A DNA stretch of 58,811 bases from a virus (lineage: Duplodnaviria; Caudoviricetes). Shown piece after piece: positions 32,301-38,963 of the stretch. Under the pieces are notes generated by a model. It worked only from the letters and a program-made list of their open reading frames with translations. It was not told the origin of the DNA and ran no database searches. The translations under genes and the position numbers were made by a program. Position 1 is the stretch's first letter, and every line of letters starts with the position of its first letter. The stretch is from positions 1-58,811 of the IMG/VR virus record IMGVR_UViG_3300001242_000005, one strand, 5' to 3'.

Positions 32301-33875
32301 TGGGCTGACTACAAGGCCGAGGTTGATAAGCCCGATTGGAAAGAATATCAGGAGATCATCGAGAAGCGCCGAATCGACGAGAAGCTGCAGAAGAACCTTT
32401 TCCGGGACGTACGGTCATTCATGATTGATATCTTGCGGAACGACGAGCAGGCAGACAGGATCATGGGCACCTTGAAGGGACTTGCTGTTATCAAGTATCT
32501 TGGCTTCCGGGTATCGAGCGCCGCGGTAAATATGACGAACATGGTCCAGGGCGTCCCGGGGACAATTGCGGGGTATACCGGCGAGTCGGTGGGTAAGTCG
32601 TTGCGGCGGGTAACCGGGGCGGCAGTGGCTTACGGCAAATACCGATCCGGCAAAGGCGACCTGTCGGAATCCGATCGAAACTTATTCCAGTTCATTTCGG
32701 CAAAAGGATGGGATGAGGCACAATTCAACCACGAAGCGGCAAGAGAATTGCGGTCAAAGTTGGGTGACACCTGGAACAAGTACATCGTGGGATGGGGGAT
32801 GCTGATGTTTGGTGCGGTTGAGAAGGCCAACCGGGCGATGACGCTCTTTGCTGCTTATAAGGCTGTGAAAGCCAAGGAGGCGACCGCCGAAGAATCGGTA
32901 ATCTGGGGGAAGGCCAAAGAGATCAGCGACAATGCCCATGGTGTCTATGGCAAAGAAACGCTTCCGGCCTGGGCAAGGGGAAAATTCAATCCCTTGCGGC
33001 TCACCTATACCTTCCAGAAATTCAGCCATAACTACATGATCAACGCACTCGATATCGGTTTCAACAAGAAGGAATACGGGGCGGCGGCATACCTGCTGCT
33101 GTCTCCCGCGGTTCTGGCCGGGTCCGGGGCGTCTCTCTTGGGACCGCTAGCGTTTGCCCTTGTGGGGGCGGTCCCTGGCGGCGGCGACGATCCGGAAGAA
33201 GAATTCTATGCATGGGCGGAAGAGATGTTCGGCGGCGGCTCTTTTGCTCGTCACGGGCTCTTTGGCGTGGCCGGGATTAATATCAAGGGATCCTTAGCAA
33301 TGCACCTGCCCATGCCGACCGATATTGCAAAGGCGACCGTGACGGACGCGCTCGGGCCTGTTGGTGGAATTTTCAGCGACATGGTGAAAGGAGTTAAACA
33401 TCTTTTTAAGGGCGAACTGGCGAAGGGTGTCGAGGGATTGCTTCCTACGGCATTCGGGAATGTGTCGAAGGCTCTCAGGGAATCAAGCGAGGGAATCACG
33501 ACGAGCAACTACGGCCAGGTATTCTATGGTGACGAGCCCTTGAAGGCAGACGCTACCGATGCATTCATCCGGTTTTTATCGTTCAACCCATCCAGGCTAT
33601 CCGGAATCAGAGAGATGCAGTGGAACGAAAAAGAGGTTGCGCAGAAATACCAAGAGAAAAAGTCAGAGATCTACTCGCAGATCAAGCGGAGCAGACTAAA
33701 AGGCGAAGGGATCACTCCGGAGATAATGAAAACCGTGAAGGACTACAACGATAAGGTTGCCGGGTCCGGCCGGCGCGATATTTCGCCGATCACTATGCGG
33801 GGAATAGTGACAATGCTGAAACGTAACTCGCGGCCCGGAAAAGTTGAGCGGGGAAGAATGGTTGCGGCGGAATAG
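20349..33875 (+). CDS. 4508-aa polyvalent (DarB-like) virion protein
   Basis: Gly-rich N-terminus; GNAT-like (~21780-22320); pyrophosphatase-like PSEAQK..GNY/DYGYI/DHVDVF (~23760-24190); N6-MTase QYSTP/LEPSAGIG/MNPPF (~24770-25330); strawberry-notch helicase GDGTGVGKG/FDESH/SATG/GRSHR (~25800-28050); LPD23-like WHGT..IGTGEGAQAYG.GLYF (~29030-29835); HEGGH metallopeptidase (~29952); ART-PolyVal FKKWF..PLVVYHGT (~30420-30805); PLxRFG-like C-terminal region. Confidence 0.9.
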   Translation: MAGLFDDTQGSQGSTGLFDDTQDDTPRGGFVPSAKKTIGQTVKGIGQAAADFIPGVSQDNAVKRYGQEVIDANPTAVNSFSDIPENPLKTITEATGNAAPSILGMVGAKALGSGITAAAPFTGPAAPVVAGIGQAVSWLGPTAVAALPSYGGIRDKQVESDTVEPDSFKNKAVAALGAATVGFIEQKFGPQDWAMRLSTKAGRDSVAKMLATKTLGGSVAKGIGIGGAVEGGEELVQSPVEQLASFENPLTRESLTDTAFGGVMGAVGGGVIGGGFGGVNHLANPKQSAATDPAQSGIGQPPPGAPQPPSPGTSSVTPITPADPATPTGPISRALGTIAAPTTTIPTQPGIDTPPAADPAQVSQRLGNPIIQQTGPGSPDNRPTPAGPTARPTFDTTAPIGDKVNLTYIIADYGPEVARELSVARKGGTPISIDDAVAAVERRKQQGQPTTRQLAETHAETQEFDKGIPLNRTSYQEINGIGYSEYTNPQTGIVDVYLSAFGDNDFVGYMRVYENGKPTNRFTSKLERQTSKKGVTKEMLSNIASMLPEGHEYTENDTISTDGLRHFQNQLRNGYEIVLDQSGKPKTSAAILSGASRNNDLGIGQTGDFTNLEVKTDADFTRASQVVAKLIAPFGLDTSAIRRVGNNIEVQMPVLRRSVKNTQQENKQTPRQEVSQEPKKEMTTAESITKGMSEIAAGMDLGSRDQMAEYIKAGKIDRLTFRRPDSIAAARANPSYNLKDNSDGSVTVVGINNSNNEWIGVAPLREPVDINGAVGRNESQPLGVDQQQPQQLADESPIPTTVQIIDLKAEHGRKVGNAVAQARANKESISLPEAYRRAGVEIPTNNTPNASVASAPQGVPSSQITPEHQALSSIRNPKYTTQPTEEQRPIFRELAKKGFAASEDGLTYSITKKGVRQLKRLGGAVVAGSNEQTNTQTNTGGNSLAVNTGAASVADKTGQIDGQTGGPINDNLQSNTAEMATADNQQTGKGISGAAGGDIGKRGSGESGQTQTDEVGSGGGNGGRAGILQQYDTSGNGADRRGSKQGVAGDSGIPEKVGKPGEQSIEVDGGPTQIQKPADTDGRKPLREPEPNSVREPGRESLGESGAQFQLKNQPVNRPAVIDNPDSVAHGQKANLAPSEAQKEKGNYLKSHVNLDGLEVTIENPAGSTRSGTDKTGKTWSVKMAHDYGYIKGSVGYDKDHVDVFMVPGYQGGGETAYIVNQHNKDGKFDEHKVVFGAKSEADAMSIYNANYAKGWTGGKSVAAMPMAEFKEWVKSEGPKKGAVKQSTKEQPNGNSIYPDTKQSGQAETGKVGEEAKARNLNADLSAGAKEAKPGPKAAEKPGEVTFTVKSLQTGKEEEFTVKENPVAESAPANSTQPESAPSQIAAKVREYLARGERFFSRRLFAWADEAYGGTQAEGKYTPKDAYDALELGINQYLADGFTFKSTNPAEQIKELEGLLFMVPTQTKRTKEQDDFQQYSTPPTLAFVAGWVANLKKNDSFLEPSAGIGGLAVFAKIAGAKSVAVNELSSRRRDILKEMGFDQVYGENAEQLNNVMPDSVKPTVIVMNPPFSSTGGRLSRNKTKYGAGHIEQALKRLEPGGRLVAIVGEGMAADKTTFRTWWKEIEKEYTVRANVGMNGEGFRKYGTTFDNQILVIDKTGPTRDTIVTGKVDTYTDLIPLLQGVRDARTATAQQSTDQQAGKEKAPGSEAGTKPVETVLPTTPAVGNGQRGIANGTGDRRQDRPDVKLEAGNLDERGNEPQSGGRGADIDKGQVAVSEGSGVEAAGPDRESTPDTDKLETSRKEKQQSSGDSIFEGYQPTVSIRGAKPHPADLVESTAMAAVKLPDITYRPRIPVSAVKAGKLSDVQLEAITAAGQAHQDTLPNGEQRGFFIGDGTGVGKGREIAGILWDNWNQGRKKSIWVSKDRTLAKDAKRDMSGIGWDDKLLIEQGSVKAGESLPKRDGVLYTAYSTLASAAKIGQLSRLQSIIDWAGPNFDGVIAFDESHKMGNAISIKEGRYTKKPSQMALAALDLQKALPKAKVVYVSATGATEVSNLAYAERLGLWGADTAFANASAFISRVSQGGIAAMEVVARDMKAMGSYLARKLAYNGKNAAYQVKYRRLEHALSGQQRDIYDELAGAWQTVLANIDDALAITEADSNGRSHALSAFWGSHQRFFNQVLTAMQMPSVITSIKQDVKDGKAVVLQITNTNEASTNRALANTENLEDVDITPRDQLMQMIENSFPVQQYEQYEDDEGNIRTRPVVDSNGNPVVNREAVAKRESLLNKLGSIRVPDAPLDQILNVFGVGAVAEVTGRSKRVVTVDDGTGPKKIRQGWSKTKGVADAAQFMADKKQILIFSEAGGTGASYHADLAAINQRQRSHYILQAGWRADSAVQGLGRSHRSNQAVAPEYVLVTTDLKGHKRFISSIARKLSQLGALTEGERGASSQGLFSERDNLESEYAADAVEQLIHRVHRGQIPGMDITMLSRELGLPNLVDEHGQLNATQVPTVPRFLNRILSMKIEMQDKVFDLFSTLMDANVSRAEENGTLDTGLETLKAKGIRIVDSQPVYTDKRSGAVTEYVQLDVDYPVDKLAYDPRHKVVVNNQSGKPWQLVSEKSTTTESGDIVDVFVLRNGRGNHRNVLKSDFGEKFTTIASNKEARGAWDKALKELPETVTQREHLITGALLPIWDKLKGHPRIVRVQAGKETMLGRIIPGENISEVMALLDVEGKAVEMSPEQVQGSVLENGQTITLDNGWKIRAKRVAGEKRMEVEGVGYGDYRVLENYGAFTERINYVTRNFIPVGEDGNSVIEKILANRKILTVVGSQGGATLYSKTNQPSPSTSTFMAQVQSELKAFLGAGYDNLVQRGKLEIARSAEELPGPMRNAFLKMVAWHGTRNDVDKFSTEKIGTGEGAQAYGYGLYFAGSREVAEWYKKILNNYDKLNALTYEEDRYLPEFITVEIMKYGEYSASKYLDTYKKYLLDTDSHSISIKPERVKIVSILEKLIKSGDYSFSKKEGKLYQVELAPAEDEYLLWDKPLSEQSERVKAAVKTGADKFKEITDRANALEDTDETVQKYRDLMDERKKYAGFAAINRKPKGYDGNSIYHAVSDGDRSGEAGRIASQTLHSLGIRGIKYLDGSSRSSGDGNYNYVIFNDSDIEIKAVFSKKGKVVGSYFPYQKKIVLFSDAMAPGDAKHVFTHEGGHALLFEDKIFRARKTRILKNFARLARTSQAVKDAFAKVPKDTATGLRGEEAIMYFIQEPKNHNHSIFRRVISAVRAALYRMGLMQDMKLSESDLVALFTQGVKAWAKREVDQDLTKGRGVNDILNEFGVGQFAQSAKMPVKRAARKIQGIEAFKKWFEGSVVTENGKVGGEPLVVYHGTTENFDAFQTGNSGAYFTNKPEVSNGYAGGEGKYFTKSAGVEYRGRNLASAKAFRKRAMELEGHDGIIIKDRGQVIAFSPNQLKSASDNTGAFSRDNDDVRYSVSSNPTAPLSTESLEEAAKTLGSSTYIKNSKVDSTWLDRLLSTPEHYFKKFAAAGRVLQAALLRRDIRFENEQKILGGFVSFVQQLRKENKDAYTEANDYLLETDQAADGFRIRSTDNDSWQVIAPKWAAKGNSTELGEFTDEAEAIRTMIEEESLALSIKGYSREAIEAVKQAREMTNRGFDVMAADMRKIIAEAKENGLPDPFIGDGKLDEAGRYGVYAAGKKKPIALFASEKEANEMLDRAAQMISYVVTSKSRGEKTFMNELKANRWAKAHSGTVNGVKTFQNLTVKKRTDADLRPLTVKQALAQMGDLRGIFFPRIRESGEYVMIAKKEGENPIRKHFDIPTFDDKKPTLQKYLGMVTPMGREINRLKAKGFTVTFEKDKSPAEDVFDATNLITSLDAILQSSLTTIDQNNETEVRAGQHINQILTMQVADIFKSRGYLSSRLKRLAGDVVWEGYEEDMGKALTQYGKNVAAGTAKRDTARAMVLAFSGRDYSWADYKAEVDKPDWKEYQEIIEKRRIDEKLQKNLFRDVRSFMIDILRNDEQADRIMGTLKGLAVIKYLGFRVSSAAVNMTNMVQGVPGTIAGYTGESVGKSLRRVTGAAVAYGKYRSGKGDLSESDRNLFQFISAKGWDEAQFNHEAARELRSKLGDTWNKYIVGWGMLMFGAVEKANRAMTLFAAYKAVKAKEATAEESVIWGKAKEISDNAHGVYGKETLPAWARGKFNPLRLTYTFQKFSHNYMINALDIGFNKKEYGAAAYLLLSPAVLAGSGASLLGPLAFALVGAVPGGGDDPEEEFYAWAEEMFGGGSFARHGLFGVAGINIKGSLAMHLPMPTDIAKATVTDALGPVGGIFSDMVKGVKHLFKGELAKGVEGLLPTAFGNVSKALRESSEGITTSNYGQVFYGDEPLKADATDAFIRFLSFNPSRLSGIREMQWNEKEVAQKYQEKKSEIYSQIKRSRLKGEGITPEIMKTVKDYNDKVAGSGRRDISPITMRGIVTMLKRNSRPGKVERGRMVAAE
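23254..23682 (+). CDS. Nested +1-frame ORF A (142 aa) in the giant gene
   Basis: AGGAGGT 7 nt upstream of ATG; MIIFNRIRLRWPLQIISKPEREFLERR. Confidence 0.5.
   Translation: MIIFNRIRLRWPLQIISKPEREFLERRVAILEKEEAVNQVRRKPTKSAVAAAMAGGQVYCSNTIPAGTVLTEEVVSKAWLEIAESLKRSENLESSRLKWMEDQLRFKNPPILMGENRCENLSQTVCESLGESRWENPAHNFS
24226..24312 (+). CDS. Nested +1-frame ORF B (28-aa basic peptide)
   Basis: AAGGAG SD; MATVFIPIPNRAGRRKLAKLARRLRRVI*. Confidence 0.45.
   Translation: MATVFIPIPNRAGRRKLAKLARRLRRVI
25405..25743 (+). CDS. Nested +1-frame ORF C (112 aa)
   Basis: AAGGGGTG SD; globular helical-looking sequence MQEPLPLNNRPINRLAKKKL...LAWKLLDRIE overlying a disordered linker of the giant protein. Confidence 0.6.
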   Translation: MQEPLPLNNRPINRLAKKKLQEVKREPNPSRLYCQQLLLWAMDSGALQTEPEIEDKIGQMSNWKPETWMNEVTNLSQEEGVPISTRDKSLSPKDLAWKLLDRIESLHRIRTS

Positions 33876-33913
33876 ATTTGTAAACAGTCCTATGCCATTT
33901 AATCAACAATCAT

Positions 33914-33942
33914 TTGCAGCATCGACGGAAAAATAGTATCAT
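33914..33942 (+). promoter_or_regulatory. Late operon 2 promoter
   Basis: TTGCAG-17-TATCAT; same -35 hexamer as at 2935. Confidence 0.65.
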
Positions 33943-34005
33943 AGCCTCATATTATATAGTTTCACTGTAAAGTTTCACGGTTCAAATGAACCAGTAAAAG
34001 ACAGC

Positions 34006-34040
34006 TTCCACCGGACTCCCAATATGTTCGCGGGACTCAC
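34006..34040 (+). promoter_or_regulatory. Conserved leader hairpin, copy 2
   Basis: TTCC-N4-GACTCCC-N5-GTTCGC-GGGACTCAC. Confidence 0.7.
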
Positions 34041-34048
34041 CGGAATCG

Positions 34049-34092
34049 GCCTGGCCTCTTCATCTCACGAAGACGCCAGGCTTTTTTATTTT
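34049..34092 (+). terminator. Leader terminator of late operon 2
   Basis: GCCTGGC.TCTTC...GAAGA.GCCAGGC followed by TTTTTTATTTT. Confidence 0.85.
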
Positions 34093-34104
34093 CAGGGGAA
34101 AATT

Positions 34105-34398
34105 ATGAATCGGATTCAAGAGACAAACGTGCAAGGCCTGTCGGGTGAACCGAAGGCGTCAGAGGTCTGCGCGGCCCTTGCCGACCTGGCAAATGTTATC
34201 GAGCGGTACGACAATATTGTTAAACGGTTGCACGACAGGCTGGATAGTGTTGTGGCCCCATCTGCACCGGCAGTAGAAGACTCGACAGGATCGAAATATT
34301 ACGAAACGAAATTGGCGCAACGAATCAATACCATAAGAGGCACAGCCAAAGATTTCGCCGACGACCTTGAGTCTCTTCTCGAGCGCATAGAATTATAA
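34105..34398 (+). CDS. Hypothetical helical protein
   Basis: AGGGG SD, ATG at 34105; ends LLERIEL. Confidence 0.65.
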   Translation: MNRIQETNVQGLSGEPKASEVCAALADLANVIERYDNIVKRLHDRLDSVVAPSAPAVEDSTGSKYYETKLAQRINTIRGTAKDFADDLESLLERIEL

Positions 34399-34552
34399 CA
34401 GTGAGGTACTTATCATGACGGCATCAACAGCATTTGTTTCGTCAGGCCAAATGGCGAGACGGCTACACACTTGCTCGGCATACCGGTTGGTTTGCTGCTT
34501 GATCTGAAACTACTATCAATATTTTGACTGACAATTTTTAAGCGTGCAAACC

Positions 34553-34735
34553 ATGAAAAACAGACCAGAAAAACCCGCCGAGAAAGAGTTCATAGTCTGG
34601 ATTCTCACAATCGCAATCCTGCTCGGCGGTCTGTGCTGGTATCACGCAGTGGACAAACGAGCAATCCTTGCCGACCATCTTCGAACACAGGCATACTATA
34701 CTGAAATGGCCGCTAAATTTCAGGCAAAACAATGA
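34553..34735 (+). CDS. Small single-TM protein
   Basis: FIVWILTIAILLGGLCWY hydrophobic stretch. Confidence 0.5.
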   Translation: MKNRPEKPAEKEFIVWILTIAILLGGLCWYHAVDKRAILADHLRTQAYYTEMAAKFQAKQ

Positions 34736-34743
34736 GGTGATAC

Positions 34744-35277
34744 ATGAAAAGACTTTTCCCCCTTCTTCTGGTCTTCGCACTGTCTGGATGCGCCGGACTG
34801 ACATCCGACCACTCAGCCGTCAACCAGATGATCTCCGAGCAAAACACCCAGCGATTCAAGGCATTCTCCGAAGGCATGGCTGGATGCGGCAACAATGCGG
34901 CCTGCCAGGTAGGTCTGGCAATGGGGTTTTCAGCCAACCTCGGGCAGCAGGCCTTGTTTAAGCCTGAAACGACTACTGACCTACTTCATGCCTTCCTTCC
35001 TTACGCCACCTTGGGGGTGGATGTGGCGAGGCTATGGCGCACGTCCTATTCTGGCGATGCCGCAGGATTTGTCATCACCGGAGACAATAACCAGATCAGT
35101 GGCGTAGCTAACAAACTGTCGGCGGATAACCAGAGCGGGGTAAATGCTTCATTCGAGGCAACTCCGAGCGTCGATCATTACGTTTATACGCAGGACAGGA
35201 CGACCGATAGTGCGAACGGAACAACTGATAATTCCTCGGAGCTTGCGCCTGAAGTCGAGGAGCCAGTGGTCGAATGA
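34744..35277 (+). CDS. Lipoprotein
   Basis: GAGGTG SD; signal peptide and lipobox MKRLFPLLLVFALSG|C. Confidence 0.75.
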   Translation: MKRLFPLLLVFALSGCAGLTSDHSAVNQMISEQNTQRFKAFSEGMAGCGNNAACQVGLAMGFSANLGQQALFKPETTTDLLHAFLPYATLGVDVARLWRTSYSGDAAGFVITGDNNQISGVANKLSADNQSGVNASFEATPSVDHYVYTQDRTTDSANGTTDNSSELAPEVEEPVVE

Positions 35278-35453
35278 TCTACCTCGTCCTGGCAGGTATA
35301 GCCATCTTCGGCGGCATATCCTACGCCGGTTGGCAACACGGATACTGGCAGTGTCAGGTTGAGCAATACCTGCTCGGCGGGTTGGCGGCTTGTTACCTGT
35401 TGGCCGTTCTGGTCGGGCGAATTTGCCGCAAGATTAAAGGAGTACGATCATGA
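35274..35453 (+). CDS. 59-aa two-TM protein
   Basis: MIYLVLAGIAIFGGISYAGW...; ATGA overlaps on both sides (not in the track). Confidence 0.55.
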   Translation: MIYLVLAGIAIFGGISYAGWQHGYWQCQVEQYLLGGLAACYLLAVLVGRICRKIKGVRS

Positions 35454-36406
35454 CAATTTTATGGTGCGGCGGTGAAGGCATAGATTTTTCTGGGTCACCG
35501 GTTGCAAGCACAAATACTGACTATAAAAGAAATGACTTTGCACGATGCTCTTTATATAAAGACGCCATATTCCCTAGCTACCCTTTTCCTGGTGGCGAAA
35601 TCACATCAGGATGGGTGTCTGGCAGGGTATGGACTCAGCCACTCACCTCATCAACATATAACTCAAATATTTTCGGCCTGACCGACAGTTCAGGAAAGGG
35701 ACTGTGGCTTAAAAAAGCATCAGGGTATCTTTCCTTGCTCCTTTATGACGGCACCACATGGGCGACACTCCAGACGAGCGCCAGCGTTTTATTTAATACC
35801 GGCAACATTGACAAACTTGATATACAATTAACTAGTTATGGTGCATCGGCAAATGTTAAAGTGTACTTCAACGATACGCTTGTTATTGATTATACCGGTG
35901 ATATCTCTATCTCAGGGGTTACAGGTTTTGCCTGTGTTGCTGGGTATGGGAAAAGTGGGGCGGCCGCTATATCTGAGTTAATAGCAGCAGACGAAGACAC
36001 CCGCTTGATGTCCCTTAAAACCCTGGCCCCTGTTGCCGCAGGAGATTCTTCAGAGTGGACAAATGACTACACCAGTATAGACGAAGTAACCAATTCAGAT
36101 GCAGACACAGTATTCACCGAAACAGCATCTCAGAACTTTCAATGCAACCTGACCGGAATGCCAATCGGTGACTATATCGTCAAAGCGGTAAAAGTCGCAG
36201 CAAGGATGACTGACGGCGTTGGCGGGATGGGAGTCAAGCAGGGGATCAAAACCAATTCAACTCTTGCCCTGAGCGATACCATCACCCTTGGTGGAGTCTG
36301 GGAAACGCACGAGCAGATGTACCAGAATAATCCGGTTACATCCAACCGTTTTACTCCGGCAGAAATAGAAGCACTCCAACTCGCATTTCAATCAGCGGCG
36401 GTGTAA
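35450..36406 (+). CDS. Lectin-like or beta-sandwich virion appendage protein
   Basis: AAGGAG SD; MTILWCGGE, DEDTR, NPVT...FT..EI.ALQ. Confidence 0.6.
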   Translation: MTILWCGGEGIDFSGSPVASTNTDYKRNDFARCSLYKDAIFPSYPFPGGEITSGWVSGRVWTQPLTSSTYNSNIFGLTDSSGKGLWLKKASGYLSLLLYDGTTWATLQTSASVLFNTGNIDKLDIQLTSYGASANVKVYFNDTLVIDYTGDISISGVTGFACVAGYGKSGAAAISELIAADEDTRLMSLKTLAPVAAGDSSEWTNDYTSIDEVTNSDADTVFTETASQNFQCNLTGMPIGDYIVKAVKVAARMTDGVGGMGVKQGIKTNSTLALSDTITLGGVWETHEQMYQNNPVTSNRFTPAEIEALQLAFQSAAV

Positions 36407-36409
36407 TTA

Positions 36410-37927
36410 ATGGGCAAGGCCGAAATATCAAAAGCTGTAGGATACGCTGTTTTATCTCCGTCGCTAGGGATAAACATAAGTAAGGCCGTCGCTTACGCTG
36501 TTCTTGGCCCGCCAGAAGAAGCCACCGAACTTACATCTACAGGTAGCGTAACTACAGTCGGGGTGCGAGGGGAGTCTACTGCACCGGAAGAAGCAACGCT
36601 GCTTAATGCAGAGGCGTCAGTTACTGGAATAGGAACGAAGTCAGTTTCAAATAGTGCTGACCTGTCGGCAACATCTGAAATTACCTCTCTCGGAACAAAG
36701 TCCGCTCAGTCTTCACCTGACCTATCAGCAACAGACACACTCACAACTGAAGGAGCAAAACAGGCATCATTATCACCAGTACTCACCTCAATCCCCTCTT
36801 GCACCACCTACGGCGCAAAGTCCGTACCAAGTTCGTCTGACCTGTCAGCGACCGCCGACCTGCAAACGGCAGGATCGAAGTCAGCTTCGTCTTTGGCTGA
36901 ACTTTCGGCGGTTGCAGATATTTACTCGGAAGGAACGGCAGAGGAGACGATACCTTCAGAAGCAGCAGTCCTTTCGGCAGTTGCCGGTATTACCTCTTTT
37001 GGCAGCAAGCAGGTAGAGTCACTGGCCGAAGCGTCCGCAACTGGAAGTGTTTACGCAGTCGGTACGAAGTCGGTAGCTTCGCTCGCAGATATATCAGTTA
37101 TCGGAGAGTTGTTTGCAGAAGGAACAAAGACTACCAGTCAAGCGGTAGACCTATCTGCCGAGGCAAACATTACATCTGAGGGACATAAGGAGACATCCGT
37201 CGTAGTCGATCTTTCCGCAAAAGCGGAAATTATCAGCGAAGGCGAGAAGCATGCGGAATCAGTCGCAGACCTATCAGCCACATCAAGCATTACTTCGTCG
37301 GGAACAAAGGAGGTCTCTACGATCTCCGGCCTGTCAGCAGCAAGCGAAATAACTGCCAGCGGCAGCAAGGAAGTTTCATCAAGCGCAGAACTTTCGGCAG
37401 TCGGAGAACTATTGGTTCTCGCGATCAAACAAACCTTAGTAGTTTGCGACCTTTCCGTAGAATCGGAAATTACCTCAGTCGGAACAAAGACAGCCTATGG
37501 TGTTGCAGTTCTTGAAGCAGTATCTTCGATCACCTCATCAGGCAAACCGAAAGCAGCACGAACTGTAATACTCGAAGCTCACGCAGCAGTTACCGCAGCA
37601 GTCACGAAAGTAGCAAGAGGTCCGCCTGCGCTTGAAGCGACAGGTGCCTCAGTTACATCAGGCACGAAGGGCGGTGTATCTGCCCCTGATCTTTCATCCA
37701 TCGCTGGTAGCGACGACTTCGGATCAAAGACAGTCTCAGGATACGCAATACTCGAAGCCACCGCGAATGATGTAACAACAAGCTATAATCCTATTATAAT
37801 AGAGGAGTTTAGTTACCCCTCGAAAGTAGTTAGGACATGGTCGGCGGATTCGAAAGTAACTAGATCGGTAAGTGATATTTCAGCAGTGACCAGAACATGG
37901 TCGGCAAACTCAAAATTAAGGAACTAA
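36410..37927 (+). CDS. Ser/Thr/Ala-rich repeat fibre-like protein
   Basis: About 20 copies of a ~21-aa unit of the form (A/V)DLSA.S.IT..G.K. Confidence 0.7.
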   Translation: MGKAEISKAVGYAVLSPSLGINISKAVAYAVLGPPEEATELTSTGSVTTVGVRGESTAPEEATLLNAEASVTGIGTKSVSNSADLSATSEITSLGTKSAQSSPDLSATDTLTTEGAKQASLSPVLTSIPSCTTYGAKSVPSSSDLSATADLQTAGSKSASSLAELSAVADIYSEGTAEETIPSEAAVLSAVAGITSFGSKQVESLAEASATGSVYAVGTKSVASLADISVIGELFAEGTKTTSQAVDLSAEANITSEGHKETSVVVDLSAKAEIISEGEKHAESVADLSATSSITSSGTKEVSTISGLSAASEITASGSKEVSSSAELSAVGELLVLAIKQTLVVCDLSVESEITSVGTKTAYGVAVLEAVSSITSSGKPKAARTVILEAHAAVTAAVTKVARGPPALEATGASVTSGTKGGVSAPDLSSIAGSDDFGSKTVSGYAILEATANDVTTSYNPIIIEEFSYPSKVVRTWSADSKVTRSVSDISAVTRTWSANSKLRN

Positions 37928-37931
37928 TAAA

Positions 37932-38300
37932 ATGGGCGTATTCGTAGCAGCAGCAAAAAACACGATGTTGGACGCACTCACGGTTGACCGGCTTTCTCTC
38001 CATTCAGGCGATCCAGGATCAGCGGGAACGGCAAACGAGATTTCAGGCGGTTCTCCTGCATATGCTCGCAAGGCATGTACGTATGACGCAGCAAGCGGCG
38101 GAGAGCGCCTCTTGAACGCTTCTGTGACCTTCGATGTTCCGGCGAGTGCCAGTGTCCAGTACGTAGGCAAATGGGACTACAACGGCGGCACAATGGTATT
38201 TCACGGTAGCGATCAGGTAACAACTGAAAGTTACGGGGCGCAAGGCTCATATATCGTCACCGGAACAACCTCGAAACTCTCCCTCACTGACCCGGCGTAA
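37932..38300 (+). CDS. Minor tail or fibre protein
   Basis: KNTMLDAL..LSLHSGDPG..GTANEISGGSPAYARK motif. Confidence 0.65.
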   Translation: MGVFVAAAKNTMLDALTVDRLSLHSGDPGSAGTANEISGGSPAYARKACTYDAASGGERLLNASVTFDVPASASVQYVGKWDYNGGTMVFHGSDQVTTESYGAQGSYIVTGTTSKLSLTDPA

Positions 38301-38310
38301 GGAGTAGGCT

Positions 38311-38616
38311 ATGATACGAAGTGGATTTTTTGCTGGACAAGTTGGTTGCCAGATTCGGCTCGATACACAGGACGACGCGGCTTATCTGGCAGCAGCCACA
38401 AAGCTCGAAATCCACTATCGTAGACCTACGTTCGTAACCGGGACATGGACAGCAACCCTTGACGGGACTGAGCTTGTCTACACGACAACTACAATTACTG
38501 ATCTTTCTGTTGCCGGCGAGTGGATTGTCCAGGCGTATCTTGAAGGACCTGGGTGGAAGACAGCAGGTGAGAAAGTCGTAATGCTGGTTGATGAACCGAT
38601 AAGGCCGATATCATGA
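38311..38616 (+). CDS. Ig-like (BppU-like) structural protein
   Basis: TAAGGAG SD; RP...GTW.A, Y.T...DL..AGEW..QAY. Confidence 0.55.
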   Translation: MIRSGFFAGQVGCQIRLDTQDDAAYLAAATKLEIHYRRPTFVTGTWTATLDGTELVYTTTTITDLSVAGEWIVQAYLEGPGWKTAGEKVVMLVDEPIRPIS

Positions 38617-38650
38617 TTGTAGACCCTGAACCAACTCAAGGGGCGAACGA

Positions 38651-38839
38651 ATGATTGAAATAACCACTCATCCACATATCGACGAAAACAACGTCCGGCT
38701 GCTCCGTGATGATGATTGTCCGGGCGTGTGTGTGAAGGGTGCCGAAACCCCGGACATCTGCCTCCATTACACGTTGCGATCTGCCGGAAACGGAAAAATG
38801 ATCGAACTGTGCAGTCGCGATGAAGAGTGCCAGGAATGA
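38651..38839 (+). CDS. Cys-rich small protein
   Basis: AAGGGG SD; 62 aa with 5 Cys. Confidence 0.5.
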   Translation: MIEITTHPHIDENNVRLLRDDDCPGVCVKGAETPDICLHYTLRSAGNGKMIELCSRDEECQE

Positions 38840-38963
38840 GGTTGACTACCCTGGGCGTGACCCTGAGGACAAAATCGACGCCGACCCGGTAAAGCCGAAA
38901 GTCGGAATATCAATCGATCTGGCGGCGGTATGGCGATGGATTAAGAGGAGGCTGAGGAAGTGA
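38820..38963 (+). CDS. 47-aa peptide with a basic amphipathic C-terminus
   Basis: MKSARNEVDYPG...IDLAAVWRWIKRRLRK*; GTGA overlap with the next gene. Confidence 0.45.
   Translation: MKSARNEVDYPGRDPEDKIDADPVKPKVGISIDLAAVWRWIKRRLRK

Noticed and set aside
14458-37927. Diversity-generating retroelement or invertible tail cassette
   Set aside because: No reverse transcriptase, no TR/VR pair differing at adenines and no inverted sites seen; the repeats are intragenic protein repeats
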